A stretch of 64,000 nt of DNA from contig CAVVNQ010000003.1 of assembly GCA_963749705.1 (NCBI GenBank), positions 224,001 through 288,000 of the forward strand. Reading direction: 5' to 3'. The stretch comes from an uncultured Chloroflexia bacterium (lineage in GTDB: Bacteria > Chloroflexota > Limnocylindria > Limnocylindrales > CSP1-4). Of the stretch, positions 1 to 16,156 are shown in pieces. Each line of letters begins with the position of its first letter. Positions within the stretch are counted from its first letter, which is position 1. Made by a program: the position numbers and the translations under genes. The notes below the pieces were generated by a model. That model was not told the origin of the DNA. It searched no databases and saw nothing but the letters and a program-made list of their open reading frames with translations.

Positions 1-548
1 CCCACGACCGCGACCATCACGACGCCCGCGGTTCGCACGAACCCGGTCACGGTGGTCACGCGGTCCACGAGGGCGTCGATGTTGAGCACGTTGCGCACGA
101 TCGGCTCGTTCTCGGGTTGGAGGGTGTCGCTGACGACCTGGAGATCCGACGGCCGGCGGAGCTTGACGTTCACGCTCGCGTACAGCGGGTTGGACTCCAG
201 GTACTTGGTGAGGTCGTCGCGGCCCTGGGCCGCCTGCGCCTCCTGGAAGCGGCGGAGCGCCTCGTCGCGCGAGATGAACTCGACCGAGGCCACCTCCGGC
301 ATCGCATCGAGCCGGGCCACCAGCTCGTCCACCTGCGCCTGGGTCGACGTCGTCTGGACATACGCGACCACCTCGACCTTGTCCTCGACGAAGCCGAGGC
401 TGGCCAGGAGCACGTTCTGGAGGATGAAGAACCCGGACAGCAGCAGCAGCATCAGCACCATCGTCAGGGTGGCCGCCAGGCTCATCAGGGCGTTGCGCCA
501 GAACCCCTGCCAGGCCCGGCGCAACGAGAACGCGACGAAGGTGAACAC
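1..548 (-). CDS. ftsX: Cell division permease FtsX (N-terminal part; runs off window edge)
   Basis: Manual translation from GTG 548: VFTFVAFSLRRAWQGFWRNALMSLAATLTMVLMLLL...VEFISRDEALRRF...NPLYASVNVKL; 2 nt after ftsE stop; not in the ORF track because no stop lies in the window. Confidence 0.9.
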   Translation of the reverse strand, partial: MFTFVAFSLRRAWQGFWRNALMSLAATLTMVLMLLLLSGFFILQNVLLASLGFVEDKVEVVAYVQTTSTQAQVDELVARLDAMPEVASVEFISRDEALRRFQEAQAAQGRDDLTKYLESNPLYASVNVKLRRPSDLQVVSDTLQPENEPIVRNVLNIDALVDRVTTVTGFVRTAGVVMVAVV

Positions 549-550
549 GA

Positions 551-1333
551 TCAGTCCTCGCGGTGGTAGGCCGCTCCGGCCTCGTCGCGGATGACCCGCC
601 CGTCCTCGAGCGCGATCACGCGCTTGCGCAGGGCGGTGACGATCTCGGCGTCATGGGTCGCCATCAGGATGGTGACCCCGAGCTCGTTGATCCGGAGCAG
701 GAGCTGGATGATCTCCCAGCTGATCACGGGGTCCAGGTTGCCCGTGGGCTCGTCCGCGATGATGATCCGCGGGTCATGGACCAGCGCCCGGGCGATGGCC
801 GTCCGCTGCTGCTCGCCGCCGGACAGCTGGGTCGGATACTGGGCCGCCTGTGCGGTCAGCCCGACCAGCGCCAGGACGCGATCGACCGCCGGCCGGATCC
901 GCCGGCCGGGCGTCCCGGTGACCTCGAGCGCGAACGCGACGTTCTCCCAGACCGTCTTGCGCGGCAGCAGCTTGAAGTCCTGGAACACGGTGCCGATCTT
1001 GCGGCGGACCCGGGGCACCATCCGGCGCGGGATCCGGGCCAGGTCGTCCCCGTCCACGACCACGACCCCGTGGGTCGCCAGCTCGTCGCGGATGAGGAGC
1101 TTCATGAGCGTCGACTTGCCCGCCCCGGACGGGCCGACGAGGAACACGAAGTCACCCTCGGGGACGACGAGATCGACGTCGCGCAGCGCCTCCTTGCCGT
1201 TGGGGTAGCGCATCGTGACGTCATGGAGCACGACGACGGCCTGGTCCGACCGGGTTGCGACCGCCCGGCCGGTCAGCCGGTCGAACAGGGATGCTGGCGC
1301 GGTCGTGGGTTCAGTCGGCGGGGCGACGGTCAT
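551..1333 (-). CDS. ftsE: Cell division ATP-binding protein FtsE
   Basis: GPSGAGKS Walker A, VFQDFKLL, LSGGEQQR, ADEPTGNLD, MATHD; upstream of ftsX; ATG 1333 chosen as start, start uncertain. Confidence 0.92.
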   Translation of the reverse strand: MTVAPPTEPTTAPASLFDRLTGRAVATRSDQAVVVLHDVTMRYPNGKEALRDVDLVVPEGDFVFLVGPSGAGKSTLMKLLIRDELATHGVVVVDGDDLARIPRRMVPRVRRKIGTVFQDFKLLPRKTVWENVAFALEVTGTPGRRIRPAVDRVLALVGLTAQAAQYPTQLSGGEQQRTAIARALVHDPRIIIADEPTGNLDPVISWEIIQLLLRINELGVTILMATHDAEIVTALRKRVIALEDGRVIRDEAGAAYHRED

Positions 1334-1517
1334 CAGATTGCTCGGTGACGGATGGTCGAGGCGAAGGCCGGTGCCCACGCCGGGTGATCAGCTCCGTCCC
1401 AGGGCACGATCGGGAGCGCCACGTCTGGCGAGGCTAGCAGCAAGTCCCGGCCCCGGCAAACGTGCCGCCGGGCGGCTTCGTGGACGGGGCCGGCCGTCGC
1501 ATCCATGGGCGTTTCTG

Positions 1518-2540
1518 CTACACGATCGCCAGCGAGATCGGGATGTACCGCCCGAACGGATGGTCCGGCGATGACCAGCAGATCATGCCGGGCAGGCCGT
1601 CGAACCGGAGCCCCGCGTCGAGCAGCGCGCGCATCGCGAGATCCGCTGTTCCCGGCACCCACATCGCTGCCGGTCCCAGCACCGGTGTGCTCCGAATCGC
1701 CACGCCGATCAGCGCCGGATGGAGCTCCGGGTCGAGCGCTGCCACGGGTCCCATCCGGCCACCCCCGGACCCGTAGGCGTAGCCCAGCGGCCGACCGCCG
1801 CGTTCACGGACGAGGAACCCGGATCGCCCCTCGCGACGGAGGTACGCGTGATCGGCGCCGTGGGGCATGCCGACGATCTCGGCATCGAGCCCGTCCACGA
1901 TGTCGGCCAGGCGGCGATGGCCGTCGGGCCCCCCGACGACGATGCCCTCGAACGGGACCGCCTCCAGCGCTCGGGGAAGCGTGGGGACCGCGGTCCACCG
2001 GCGGACCTCGCCGACGAGCCTCCAGACCGGGATGCGCGGGATCATGCCCCGGCGCGCATACAGCCCGTTCGAGATCGGCTGGCCGGCATCGGTGCACATC
2101 CCCCATCGGCGGATCCCGGTGTCGAGGGGCTCGTCCGGGCACGGAATGGCCGGACCGCCCGGGTCGACGTCCCTGCCCGCCTGGGCCCGGTCCATGAGCG
2201 CACCACCGAGGCCCCGGGACTGGGCGCCCGGATCGACGAACAGCATCGCGAGGAACCACAGGTCGCCGCGCACGGACGCGGCCGAGAACCCGACCACGCG
2301 ATCGAGGGCCCCGCCCGTCGCGGCGGCAGCGCCGGCCGGCACCGTGGCAACCCAGAATCGCTCAGGGTCCGTCGCCAGCAGGTGCGCCAGCAGCCGCCGC
2401 AGCGGCGTCAGGTCGTCGGGCATCGGCGGCTGCCCGAGCCGGCCCTGGTAATCGTCGATCGCGGCCTTCCAGACGCCCGTGCACGCCTCGAGGTCCTCGG
2501 TGCGACCGGGCCGGAACGCCGTCGGCCCGGAGTCGGTCAC
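1518..2540 (-). CDS. GNAT family N-acetyltransferase (two-domain)
   Basis: LAMLFVDPGAQSRGLGGALM acetyl-CoA motif A; NGLYARRGM; 3 nt after prfB stop. Confidence 0.75.
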   Translation of the reverse strand: MTDSGPTAFRPGRTEDLEACTGVWKAAIDDYQGRLGQPPMPDDLTPLRRLLAHLLATDPERFWVATVPAGAAAATGGALDRVVGFSAASVRGDLWFLAMLFVDPGAQSRGLGGALMDRAQAGRDVDPGGPAIPCPDEPLDTGIRRWGMCTDAGQPISNGLYARRGMIPRIPVWRLVGEVRRWTAVPTLPRALEAVPFEGIVVGGPDGHRRLADIVDGLDAEIVGMPHGADHAYLRREGRSGFLVRERGGRPLGYAYGSGGGRMGPVAALDPELHPALIGVAIRSTPVLGPAAMWVPGTADLAMRALLDAGLRFDGLPGMICWSSPDHPFGRYIPISLAIV

Positions 2541-2543
2541 GCG

Positions 2544-3669
2544 TCAGCCGTCCGAGTCGTCGTCCGCCGACGGCGGACGGCCGGTCGCAACCCGCTCGAG
2601 CTCGGCCTGCATGAACGCATCCAGGTCGCCGTCGAGGACGCTCCCCGTGTTCGAGGTCTCGTGCCCGGAGCGGAGGTCCTTGACCATCTGGTAGGGGTGG
2701 AGCACGTAGGAGCGGATCTGGTTGCCCCAGCCCGCGGTGACGTGCTCGCCGCGCAGCTTCTGGAGCTCCTCCTCGCGCTTCTCCAGCTCCAGCTCCAGCA
2801 GCCTCGACTTGAGGACCCGGATCGCGATCTCGCGGTTCTGCGTGGCCGACCGCTCGTTCTGGCAGGACACGACGATCCCGGTCGGCAGGTGGGTGAGGCG
2901 GATCGCCAATTCCGTCTTCTGCACGTGCTGCCCGCCCGCGCCCGACGAGCGGAAGGTGTCAACGCGGATCTCGTCCCAGTTGAGCTCGATCTCGACGTCC
3001 TCGTCCGCCTCCGGCATGACCTCGATCAGCGCGAACGTGGTCTGCCGGCGATTCTGGGCGTCGTAGGGGCTGATCCGGACCAGCCGGTGAACGCCGCGCT
3101 CGGCGCGTAGCCAGCCGTACGCGAACCGCCCGTCGACGGTGACCGTCGCGCTCTTGATCCCGGCCTGCTCCCCTTCCTGGGAATCGACCACGTCGGTCCG
3201 GAACCGGTGCCGCTCGGCCCAGCGGAGGTACATCCGGAGGAGCATCTCTGCCCAGTCCGTTGCCTCGGTGCCGCCTGCGCCGGCGCTGATCGTGACCACC
3301 GCGTTCTTGGCATCGTAGTCACCGGAGAACAGCAGCAGCGTCCGCTCGCGCTCGAACTCGGTGCGCAGGCCGTCGGCCTCGCGCTCCACGTCGGCCTCCA
3401 TCTCGGGATCGGGCGTGTCCTCGAGCAGGCCCAACAGCTCGACCAGGTCGTCGGCGCGCTTCTCCAGCGATCGCCACAGGCCGACCTCCTCGCGCAGGCC
3501 CTGGGCCTCACGGAGCACCTTCTGGGCGGCTCGCTGGTCGTCCCAGAAGCCGGGCTCGCTCGACCGCCCGTCGAGCTCCTGGAGCCGCGATTCCTTGGCG
3601 GCTAGGTCAAAGACGCCCCGAGGTCGCCCGGATCCGCTCCGCCAGGTCGCGCGTGGACGCCGCGTCCAC
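2544..3669 (-). CDS. prfB: Peptide chain release factor 2, with programmed +1 frameshift
   Basis: GGQ motif (GAGGQHVQK), HRLVRISPYD, WGNQIRSYVLHPY; first frame GTG 3669 MDAASTRDLAERIRATSGRL-TGA, +1 frame continues DLAAKESRLQEL...FWDDQ. Confidence 0.95.
3606..3620 (-). other. RF2 autoregulatory +1 frameshift site
   Basis: Minus strand reads CGGGGCGT-CTT-TGA-C: canonical CTT TGA C slip site with a G-rich internal SD-like element just upstream. Confidence 0.92.
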
Positions 3670-3893
3670 TAGCTGCGGGCCTGGAGATCGTGGAGCAGGA
3701 TCGGACGGAGCTCGATCAGCCGCAGGGCGGTCTTGCTCCGGGCGACGACGGGGTTCACGCAGGGACAGTAGCCGTTGTGGGGGCAGACGCCGCAGTTGCC
3801 GTCACAGTCGAGCGCGGCGGCGTAGCTGCAGGTCCGACAGTCGCGTTCGCAAGCAATGAGATCCACGAATTGGGCATCCTCAGCCTGCTTCAC
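3669..3893 (-). CDS. 74-aa Cys-rich hypothetical protein (two CxxxCxxC plus CPC)
   Basis: GA-rich RBS (GAGAGAGAGGGA) before GTG, own sigma70 promoter, stop overlaps prfB start (TAGTG), 8 clustered Cys. Confidence 0.75.
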   Translation of the reverse strand: MKQAEDAQFVDLIACERDCRTCSYAAALDCDGNCGVCPHNGYCPCVNPVVARSKTALRLIELRPILLHDLQARS

Positions 3894-4018
3894 ACGTCCC
3901 TCTCTCTCGTCCTTCGCTGTCGGTCTGGTGTGACGGTTCGGGACGGGGCGCCGCAGGCGATGTGCGGGGCGCTGGGTGGGCGTCGGCGCCGGTCCCTGGT
4001 AGCGAAGAACTGAGCCCG

Positions 4019-4047
4019 AGTATATGAGAGCGACATTCGCACGCCAA
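4019..4047 (-). promoter_or_regulatory. Sigma70-type promoter of the Cys-rich ORF-prfB-GNAT unit
   Basis: TTGGCG (4047-4042), 17-nt spacer, TATACT (4024-4019). Confidence 0.7.
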
Positions 4048-4103
4048 GGGGGTGAACTGCGTTTGCGCGAGGAAAAACGCGCGCAGGCGGCGAATTCCCG
4101 GCC

Positions 4104-4706
4104 TCAGCCGCCCGGTTGCTCGACAGCAGGGCCGCTGCGGGCGAGAAAGTAGACCGTCAGCGCGCCCAGCTCGTGGGCGGTGGCGCGGAGCTCACGGACG
4201 AGGTCCTGCTGGATCGGCGAGGTCGTGGTCGGTGAGCCGTACGCCTCGATCCCGAGGTCGTCGGCGATCCGCAGGACGCGCAGCATGTGGGTGGGATCCG
4301 AGACGAACACGGCGGACCGCAGTCCGTGCTCGCGCATCAGCGCGCCGACGGCCTGCAGCGACGAGAGCGTGTTGCGACCCTCGTCCTCGCCCAGGATCGA
4401 CGCTGCGGGCACCCCCGCGTGCAGCGCGTACGCCTTCGCGACGGCGGCCTCGGTCGTGCGGTCACCGGGAATCTTGCCGCCGGTGACGATGAACGTGCCG
4501 GCCAGGCCCGCATCCCACAGCGCGATCGCATGCTCGAGACGGGCAGCGAACACCGGCGACGGACGTCCGTTGTACTGGGCGGCGCCGAGAACCACGATCG
4601 CATCGACCCGCCGCCGCTCGTCCTGGTTCCCCTGCTGCCAGATTCGAACCGAGGTCACGCTCGCGGCCAGCACGGCCGCCAGGCCGCCGAGCGCCAGCAC
4701 GCGCAC
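4104..4706 (-). CDS. YdcF/SanA-like (DUF218) membrane-anchored protein
   Basis: DAIVVLGAA, IVTGG, TEA, RNT, VSDPTHMLR, HE motifs; GTG 4706 after G-rich RBS. Confidence 0.85.
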   Translation of the reverse strand: MRVLALGGLAAVLAASVTSVRIWQQGNQDERRRVDAIVVLGAAQYNGRPSPVFAARLEHAIALWDAGLAGTFIVTGGKIPGDRTTEAAVAKAYALHAGVPAASILGEDEGRNTLSSLQAVGALMREHGLRSAVFVSDPTHMLRVLRIADDLGIEAYGSPTTTSPIQQDLVRELRATAHELGALTVYFLARSGPAVEQPGG

Positions 4707-4729
4707 CAGATCCGCCCCCCTGGAGCGTG

Positions 4730-7711
<2,982 letters not shown>

Positions 7712-7833
7712 GGCCGGCTGAGTATAGGGTGGATCTTCGCGCCTCCCGGACTCGCGTCAGGGCTGCAGACACCGGCGGCGGCGTGCCGCCATCGCCCTTC
7801 AGCCGGGTTCGCGTGCGGAGATCGCGGTGCCCG

Positions 7834-8085
7834 TCAGCCCCAGAACCCGGTGCCGTAGCCGGCGAGGACGACCGCGAACGTGACCGCGGCCAGGCCGACC
7901 CACAGCGCAGCGGACCGGAGCGTCGAGGTGGGGTTCATCTCCGTGTTCGCGAGCGCGGGCAGCTTGCGCCCGCGGAGCGACGCACCCCATCGGCCCGACC
8001 GGAGCTGGTTCCGCCAGTTCTCGTCGGTGACGGGTCTGACCTCGAGGCCGCCCTTGCCGTCGGGGCGATGCAGCTGCAGGCTCAT
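7834..8085 (-). CDS. Small hypothetical membrane protein (83 aa, C-terminal TM helix)
   Basis: ATG 22 nt after prs stop, GGAG upstream, hydrophobic C-terminus. Confidence 0.6.
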   Translation of the reverse strand: MSLQLHRPDGKGGLEVRPVTDENWRNQLRSGRWGASLRGRKLPALANTEMNPTSTLRSAALWVGLAAVTFAVVLAGYGTGFWG

Positions 8086-8107
8086 GGATCTCCGAGTCTC
8101 GTTCCGT

Positions 8108-9166
8108 CTACGAACCGGCGGATGCGGTCAGCGCTGATGGTACGTCGTCATCGTCATCGGCCGCGTCCTCCTGGTCACCGAGGCCGTCCTCCCACAGCAG
8201 CATCTCCTGCGTGAACGACACCTCGGACGAGAACAGCGCGCCGACCGACTCGCCGCGATGGATCCGCTTGATCGCCTCGCCGATCAGGGGCGCGACGGAC
8301 AGGACCTTGATCTGCGGGAGGTGCTTCGCGGCCGGCAGCGGGATCGAGTCCGTGATCACGACCTCGAGCAGGCCCGAGTTCGCGATCCGCTCGGTGGCCG
8401 GATCCGAGAGCACCCCGTGGGTCGCGCAGGCGTAGATCTCGGTCACGCCCTCCCGTTCCAACGCCCGCGTGATCTCGATCAGGGTCCCGCCGGTGTCGAT
8501 CTCGTCGTCCACGATGATCGCCCGGCGCCCGCGCACGTCGCCGATGACGTTCATCACCTCGGCGCGGTCGAGATTGCCCTGGCGGCGCTTCTCGACGATG
8601 GCCAGCGGCGCGTCGATCAGCTCCGCGAATGCGCGGGCCCGCTTGGCAAAGCCCAGGTCGGTGACCACCACGCACTCGTCGAGGTGCTTGTCCACGAAGT
8701 ATCGCGACAGCATGTGGACCGCGGTCAGCTCGTCGACGGGGATGTTGAAGAACCCCTGGATCTGGCCCTGGTGGAGGTCCATGGTCAGCATCCGGTCGGC
8801 GCCCGCGACCGAGATCATGTCGGCGACCAGGCGCGCCGAGATCGGCACCCGCGGCTGGTCCTTCTTGTCGGAGCGGCCGTATGCGTAGTACGGCACGACC
8901 GCCGTGATCCTGCCCGCCGACGCGCGCTTGAACGCGTCGATCATGATCAGCAGCTCCATGATCGACTGGTTGACCGGGCGCGAGGTCGGCTGCACGACGA
9001 ACACGTCCTTCTCGCGGACGTTGTCCAGGATCCGCACGAAGATGTTCTCGTTCGCGAACTGGAACACCTCGGCCCGCCCGGGCTCGCTGCCCAGCCAGTG
9101 CGCGATCTTGCGCGCGAGCTCCGGGTTCGAGTTGCCGTGATAGATCTCGTACTGGTCCGCGTACAC
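8108..9166 (-). CDS. prs: Ribose-phosphate pyrophosphokinase
   Basis: FANEN, PYYAYGRSDKK, MDLHQGQIQGFF, IIVDDEIDTGGT, ATHGVLS; GTG 9166 after GAGGCAGG. Confidence 0.95.
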   Translation of the reverse strand: MYADQYEIYHGNSNPELARKIAHWLGSEPGRAEVFQFANENIFVRILDNVREKDVFVVQPTSRPVNQSIMELLIMIDAFKRASAGRITAVVPYYAYGRSDKKDQPRVPISARLVADMISVAGADRMLTMDLHQGQIQGFFNIPVDELTAVHMLSRYFVDKHLDECVVVTDLGFAKRARAFAELIDAPLAIVEKRRQGNLDRAEVMNVIGDVRGRRAIIVDDEIDTGGTLIEITRALEREGVTEIYACATHGVLSDPATERIANSGLLEVVITDSIPLPAAKHLPQIKVLSVAPLIGEAIKRIHRGESVGALFSSEVSFTQEMLLWEDGLGDQEDAADDDDDVPSALTASAGS

Positions 9167-9192
9167 GCCTGCCTCACGTCTGCCGAAGGCGT

Positions 9193-11763
9193 TCACGACG
9201 AGCGATCTTGCCCCGGACCCTCCGAGCCGCCGCCGCCGGGCTGGGGATCGTCATTGTCGCCGATGCCTCCGCGCTCCGCCAGCCCCGGGCTGAATGCGGC
9301 GATGGCGACGACGCGATCGCCCTCGGCCAGGCGCATGACGATCACGCCGCGCGCCGCAGAGGAGTAGCGGTTGATCGTGTTGGTCTCGGTCCTGATGACC
9401 TGGCCGTGCGCCGAGATGAGCACCAGCTCCTCGTCCTCGGGCGTGACCTGCTGGACCGCCGCCACGAGGCCGGTCTTGCGCCCCTCGAGCGCGATCAGGC
9501 GGACGCCCTGGCCGCCGCGATGCTTGCGCCGGAACTCCGTCAGCGCGACGCGCTTGCCGTAGCCGGTCTCGGACAGCACCAGCAGGTCCGCCTCCGGCTC
9601 GACCACGCTCATCGAGACCACCGCATCGCCCTGGCGGGCCAGCCGGATGCCGATGACGCCGGCTGCATCACGACCCATCGGCCGGACCTCGCCCTCGGAG
9701 AACCGGGCGAGCATCCCCTGGGCCGTCGCGATGATCACGTCGTCGTCGCCGCCCGAGACCCCGACCCAGGCGAGCTCGTCACCGTCGTTGATCGTGATCG
9801 CCCGGATCCCGGTCGAGCGGACGCGCTCGAACTGCTCCATCGGCGTCTTCTTGATGATCCCGTTGCGGGTCGCCATGACCAGGTAGTGGCCGGGCTCGAA
9901 GTTGGGCAGGCAGATGGTCGCCATCGGGACCTCGCCGGACTCCACCTGGACGCCGGGGAGGTTGATGATCGCCATGCCCTTCGCCTGGCGCGAGGCGTCG
10001 GGGATGGCATGGACCTTCGCCGAGAACACGCGGCCCTTGTTGGTGAAGAACAGGGCCCAATCGTGCGTGTTGGCGGCGAGCAGGTGCTCGATGGCGTCCT
10101 CCTCGCGCGCGACGTGCCCGATGATCCCCTTGCCGCCGCGGTGCTGCCGGCGGTAGGTGGCCACCGGCTGGCGCTTGATGTAGCCGCGGCGGCTGATCGT
10201 GACGACCACGTCCTCGTCGGCGATCAGGTCCTCGTCGGTCATCTCGCGGCTGGAGTCGTCCACGACGCGCGTCCGCCGCTCGCCGGCATACTTCCGCTTC
10301 AGCTCCGTCAGCTCGTCCTTGATGATCGACAGCACGCGGGTCGGGTTGGCCAGGATGTCCTCGAGCTCCGCGATGACCTGGATGATCGCGAGGTACTCGT
10401 CCTCGATCTTCTGGCGCTCGAGCGCGGCCAGGCGTGCGAGGCGCATGTCGAGGATCGCCTGGGCCTGGAGCTCCGACAGCCCGAAGCGGCTCATCAGGTT
10501 GTTGCGCGCCGCCTCGACGTCGGCGGACTCGCGGATCGTCTTGATCACCGCGTCGAGGTTGTCCAGGGCGATCTTGAGGCCCTCGAGGATGTGGGCCCGT
10601 GCGCGCGCCTTCTCGAGGTCGTACTCGGTCCGCCGGCGCACGATCTCGCGCCGGTGGTCGATGTAGTGGCTGAGCACGCTCTTGAGCGACAGCGTCTGCG
10701 GCTGCCCGTCGACGAGCGCCAGCATGTTGAGGTTGAACGCCGTCTGGAGCGCGGTGTGCTTGAACAGGTTGTTGAGCACCTTGTGCGGGTTCGAGTCCCG
10801 CTTGATCTCGATGTAGATCCGCATCCCGTCGCGGTCCGACTCGTCGCGCAGGTCCGCGATCCCGTCGACGCGCTTGTCCTTGACCAGGTCGGCGATCTTC
10901 TCGAGCAGCGCCGACTTGTTGACCTGGTACGGCAGCTCGGTGACGATGATCGCGGTCCGGTCGTTGCGCGTCTCCTCGAACGCCACCTGGGCACGCACCA
11001 CCACCCGTCCGTGGCCGTGGGCGTACATCTCGCGGATGGCGTCGATCGTCTCCTGCTCGCCGGTGAGCGGGTTGCGTCGGGTCTCGAGCCGGAAGATCGA
11101 GGCGCCGGTCGGGAAGTCGGGTCCCTTCACGAACTTGCACAGGTCGTCCGTGGTCGCGCTGGGGTCGTCGATCAGGGAGACCGTGGCATCGACGATCTCG
11201 CCCAGGTGGTGGGGCGGGATGTTGGTGGCCATGCCCACCGCGATCCCCGACGAGCCGTTGATCAGCAGGTTGGGCAGCTTTGCGGGCAGGACCGACGGCT
11301 GCTTCTGGGTGCCGTCGTAGTTGTCCTCGTAGTCGACGGTGTCCTTGTCGATGTCGGCGAGCATCTCCGCGGAGATGGCGGTGAGCCGCGCCTCCGTGTA
11401 GCGCATCGCGGCGGCGGAGTCCCCGTCCACCGATCCGAAGTTGCCCTGGCCGTCCACGAGCGGGTAGCGCATCGAGAAGTCCTGGGCCAGCCTGACCAGC
11501 GCGTCGTACAGCGCGACGTCACCGTGCGGGTGGTACTTGCCCATCACCTCGCCGACGATCGCGGCGCACTTGCGGTACGAGCTGGTGGCGGACAGCCCCA
11601 TCTCGCCCATCGTGTACAGGATCCGCCGGTGGACCGGCTTCAGTCCGTCGCGCACGTCCGGAAGCGCCCGCGCGACGATGACGCTCATCGCGTAATCGAG
11701 ATACGAGGTCTGCATCTCGTCCTCGATGTTGATCGCTCGAACGTCGCCCAGGTCGTCGGTCAC
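9193..11763 (-). CDS. gyrA: DNA gyrase subunit A
   Basis: [28 protein letters not shown] catalytic Tyr, GyrA-box QHRGGKG and beta-pinwheel repeats. Confidence 0.97.
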   Translation of the reverse strand: MTDDLGDVRAINIEDEMQTSYLDYAMSVIVARALPDVRDGLKPVHRRILYTMGEMGLSATSSYRKCAAIVGEVMGKYHPHGDVALYDALVRLAQDFSMRYPLVDGQGNFGSVDGDSAAAMRYTEARLTAISAEMLADIDKDTVDYEDNYDGTQKQPSVLPAKLPNLLINGSSGIAVGMATNIPPHHLGEIVDATVSLIDDPSATTDDLCKFVKGPDFPTGASIFRLETRRNPLTGEQETIDAIREMYAHGHGRVVVRAQVAFEETRNDRTAIIVTELPYQVNKSALLEKIADLVKDKRVDGIADLRDESDRDGMRIYIEIKRDSNPHKVLNNLFKHTALQTAFNLNMLALVDGQPQTLSLKSVLSHYIDHRREIVRRRTEYDLEKARARAHILEGLKIALDNLDAVIKTIRESADVEAARNNLMSRFGLSELQAQAILDMRLARLAALERQKIEDEYLAIIQVIAELEDILANPTRVLSIIKDELTELKRKYAGERRTRVVDDSSREMTDEDLIADEDVVVTISRRGYIKRQPVATYRRQHRGGKGIIGHVAREEDAIEHLLAANTHDWALFFTNKGRVFSAKVHAIPDASRQAKGMAIINLPGVQVESGEVPMATICLPNFEPGHYLVMATRNGIIKKTPMEQFERVRSTGIRAITINDGDELAWVGVSGGDDDVIIATAQGMLARFSEGEVRPMGRDAAGVIGIRLARQGDAVVSMSVVEPEADLLVLSETGYGKRVALTEFRRKHRGGQGVRLIALEGRKTGLVAAVQQVTPEDEELVLISAHGQVIRTETNTINRYSSAARGVIVMRLAEGDRVVAIAAFSPGLAERGGIGDNDDPQPGGGGSEGPGQDRSS

Positions 11764-11801
11764 GTGGTGGCTCTCCTCCGGTCGGTCGGATCAGGTACTG
11801 G

Positions 11802-12775
11802 TCAGGATCGGGGTGTGATGTGCCGCTCGGCCGGCGGCACGGCCACGCCGAGGTCGTCGAACCGGGCGACGGTGCTCGCGGCGCGCGATGTGGACGGGGC
11901 GCCCGGGCGCTTGCGCAGGCCGCCGACGGCAGCTCGCAGGGCCTGTGCCTCGTGTTGGGGCAGCTTTTCGAGCGAGTCCCTGATCACCCAGGCGCGGTGG
12001 CCATCGCTGGTGCGCGCCGCGAGCGTCGCCTCGCCGCTCAGGAACGCGATCGTGGCGCGCGCATCGACGATCGACAGCGAGCGCAGGGCCCACGACAGCG
12101 CCTTCTGGACGTCGGGTTCGGCATCGCCCATGAGGTCGCCGATGATCCCCAGACCACGGTGCGCGACCGCGGGTGTACGGCCGGCTGTGCGATCGACGTA
12201 CGGGATCGTGGCGATCGTGGAGCCGACCAGGCGGCGCTCCCAGCGCGACGGGCTGTACACGAGCTGCTCGAGCTCGGCCCAGCGGTACGGCTCGCCGAGG
12301 ATCCCGCGTCCGGCGACGTGGGCGAGCGAGTCGACCGTGATCCAGTCGCCGGCGCGGCGGGCTTCGGCGCGCACCAGCTGCCAGGCGCGCTCGGGATCGC
12401 GCGAGATCGAGCGATCCAGCAGCGGAAATGCGAGCCAGTGGAGCTCGAGCAGCGGCTCCCGCTGGAGCAGCTCGGCGATCTCGAGCAGGACCGCGGTCGA
12501 GTCGCGGCGGGTCGCCGCGCGGAGGCCGGTGGAGACGGCCGTCAGCAGCGGCTGGCGGACGCCGATGATCGGGCCGATCCCGGGGGCGACCCGGCGCTGG
12601 CCCGCGAGGTAGTCGTCATCCGCGAGGCTTGCCAGGCCCGTCCGGAGCTCCGCGACGAGCGCCGGAGGGTCCGGGGCGAGATCGCCGGCGCGCCGGCCAA
12701 GCGCGGTCGCCGCGGGCCGGCGCTCAGCTACGAGGGCGCGCGCTCGCTCCGTGGTGATGCTGACGGTGGCGATCG

Positions 12776-12779
<4 letters not shown>
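11802..12779 (-). CDS. DNA alkylation repair protein (AlkD-like HEAT-repeat family)
   Basis: IGVRQP, DWITVDSLA, SRWERR, DVQKALSWALR motifs typical of the DNA_alkylation family. Confidence 0.75.

Positions 12780-16152
<3,373 letters not shown>

Positions 16153-16156
<4 letters not shown>

Noticed and set aside
9208-12612. 1134-aa plus-strand ORF and many other long antisense or alternate-frame ORFs
   Set aside because: Shadows of real genes (here gyrA and the AlkD-like gene); stops are rare at this GC content; no motifs
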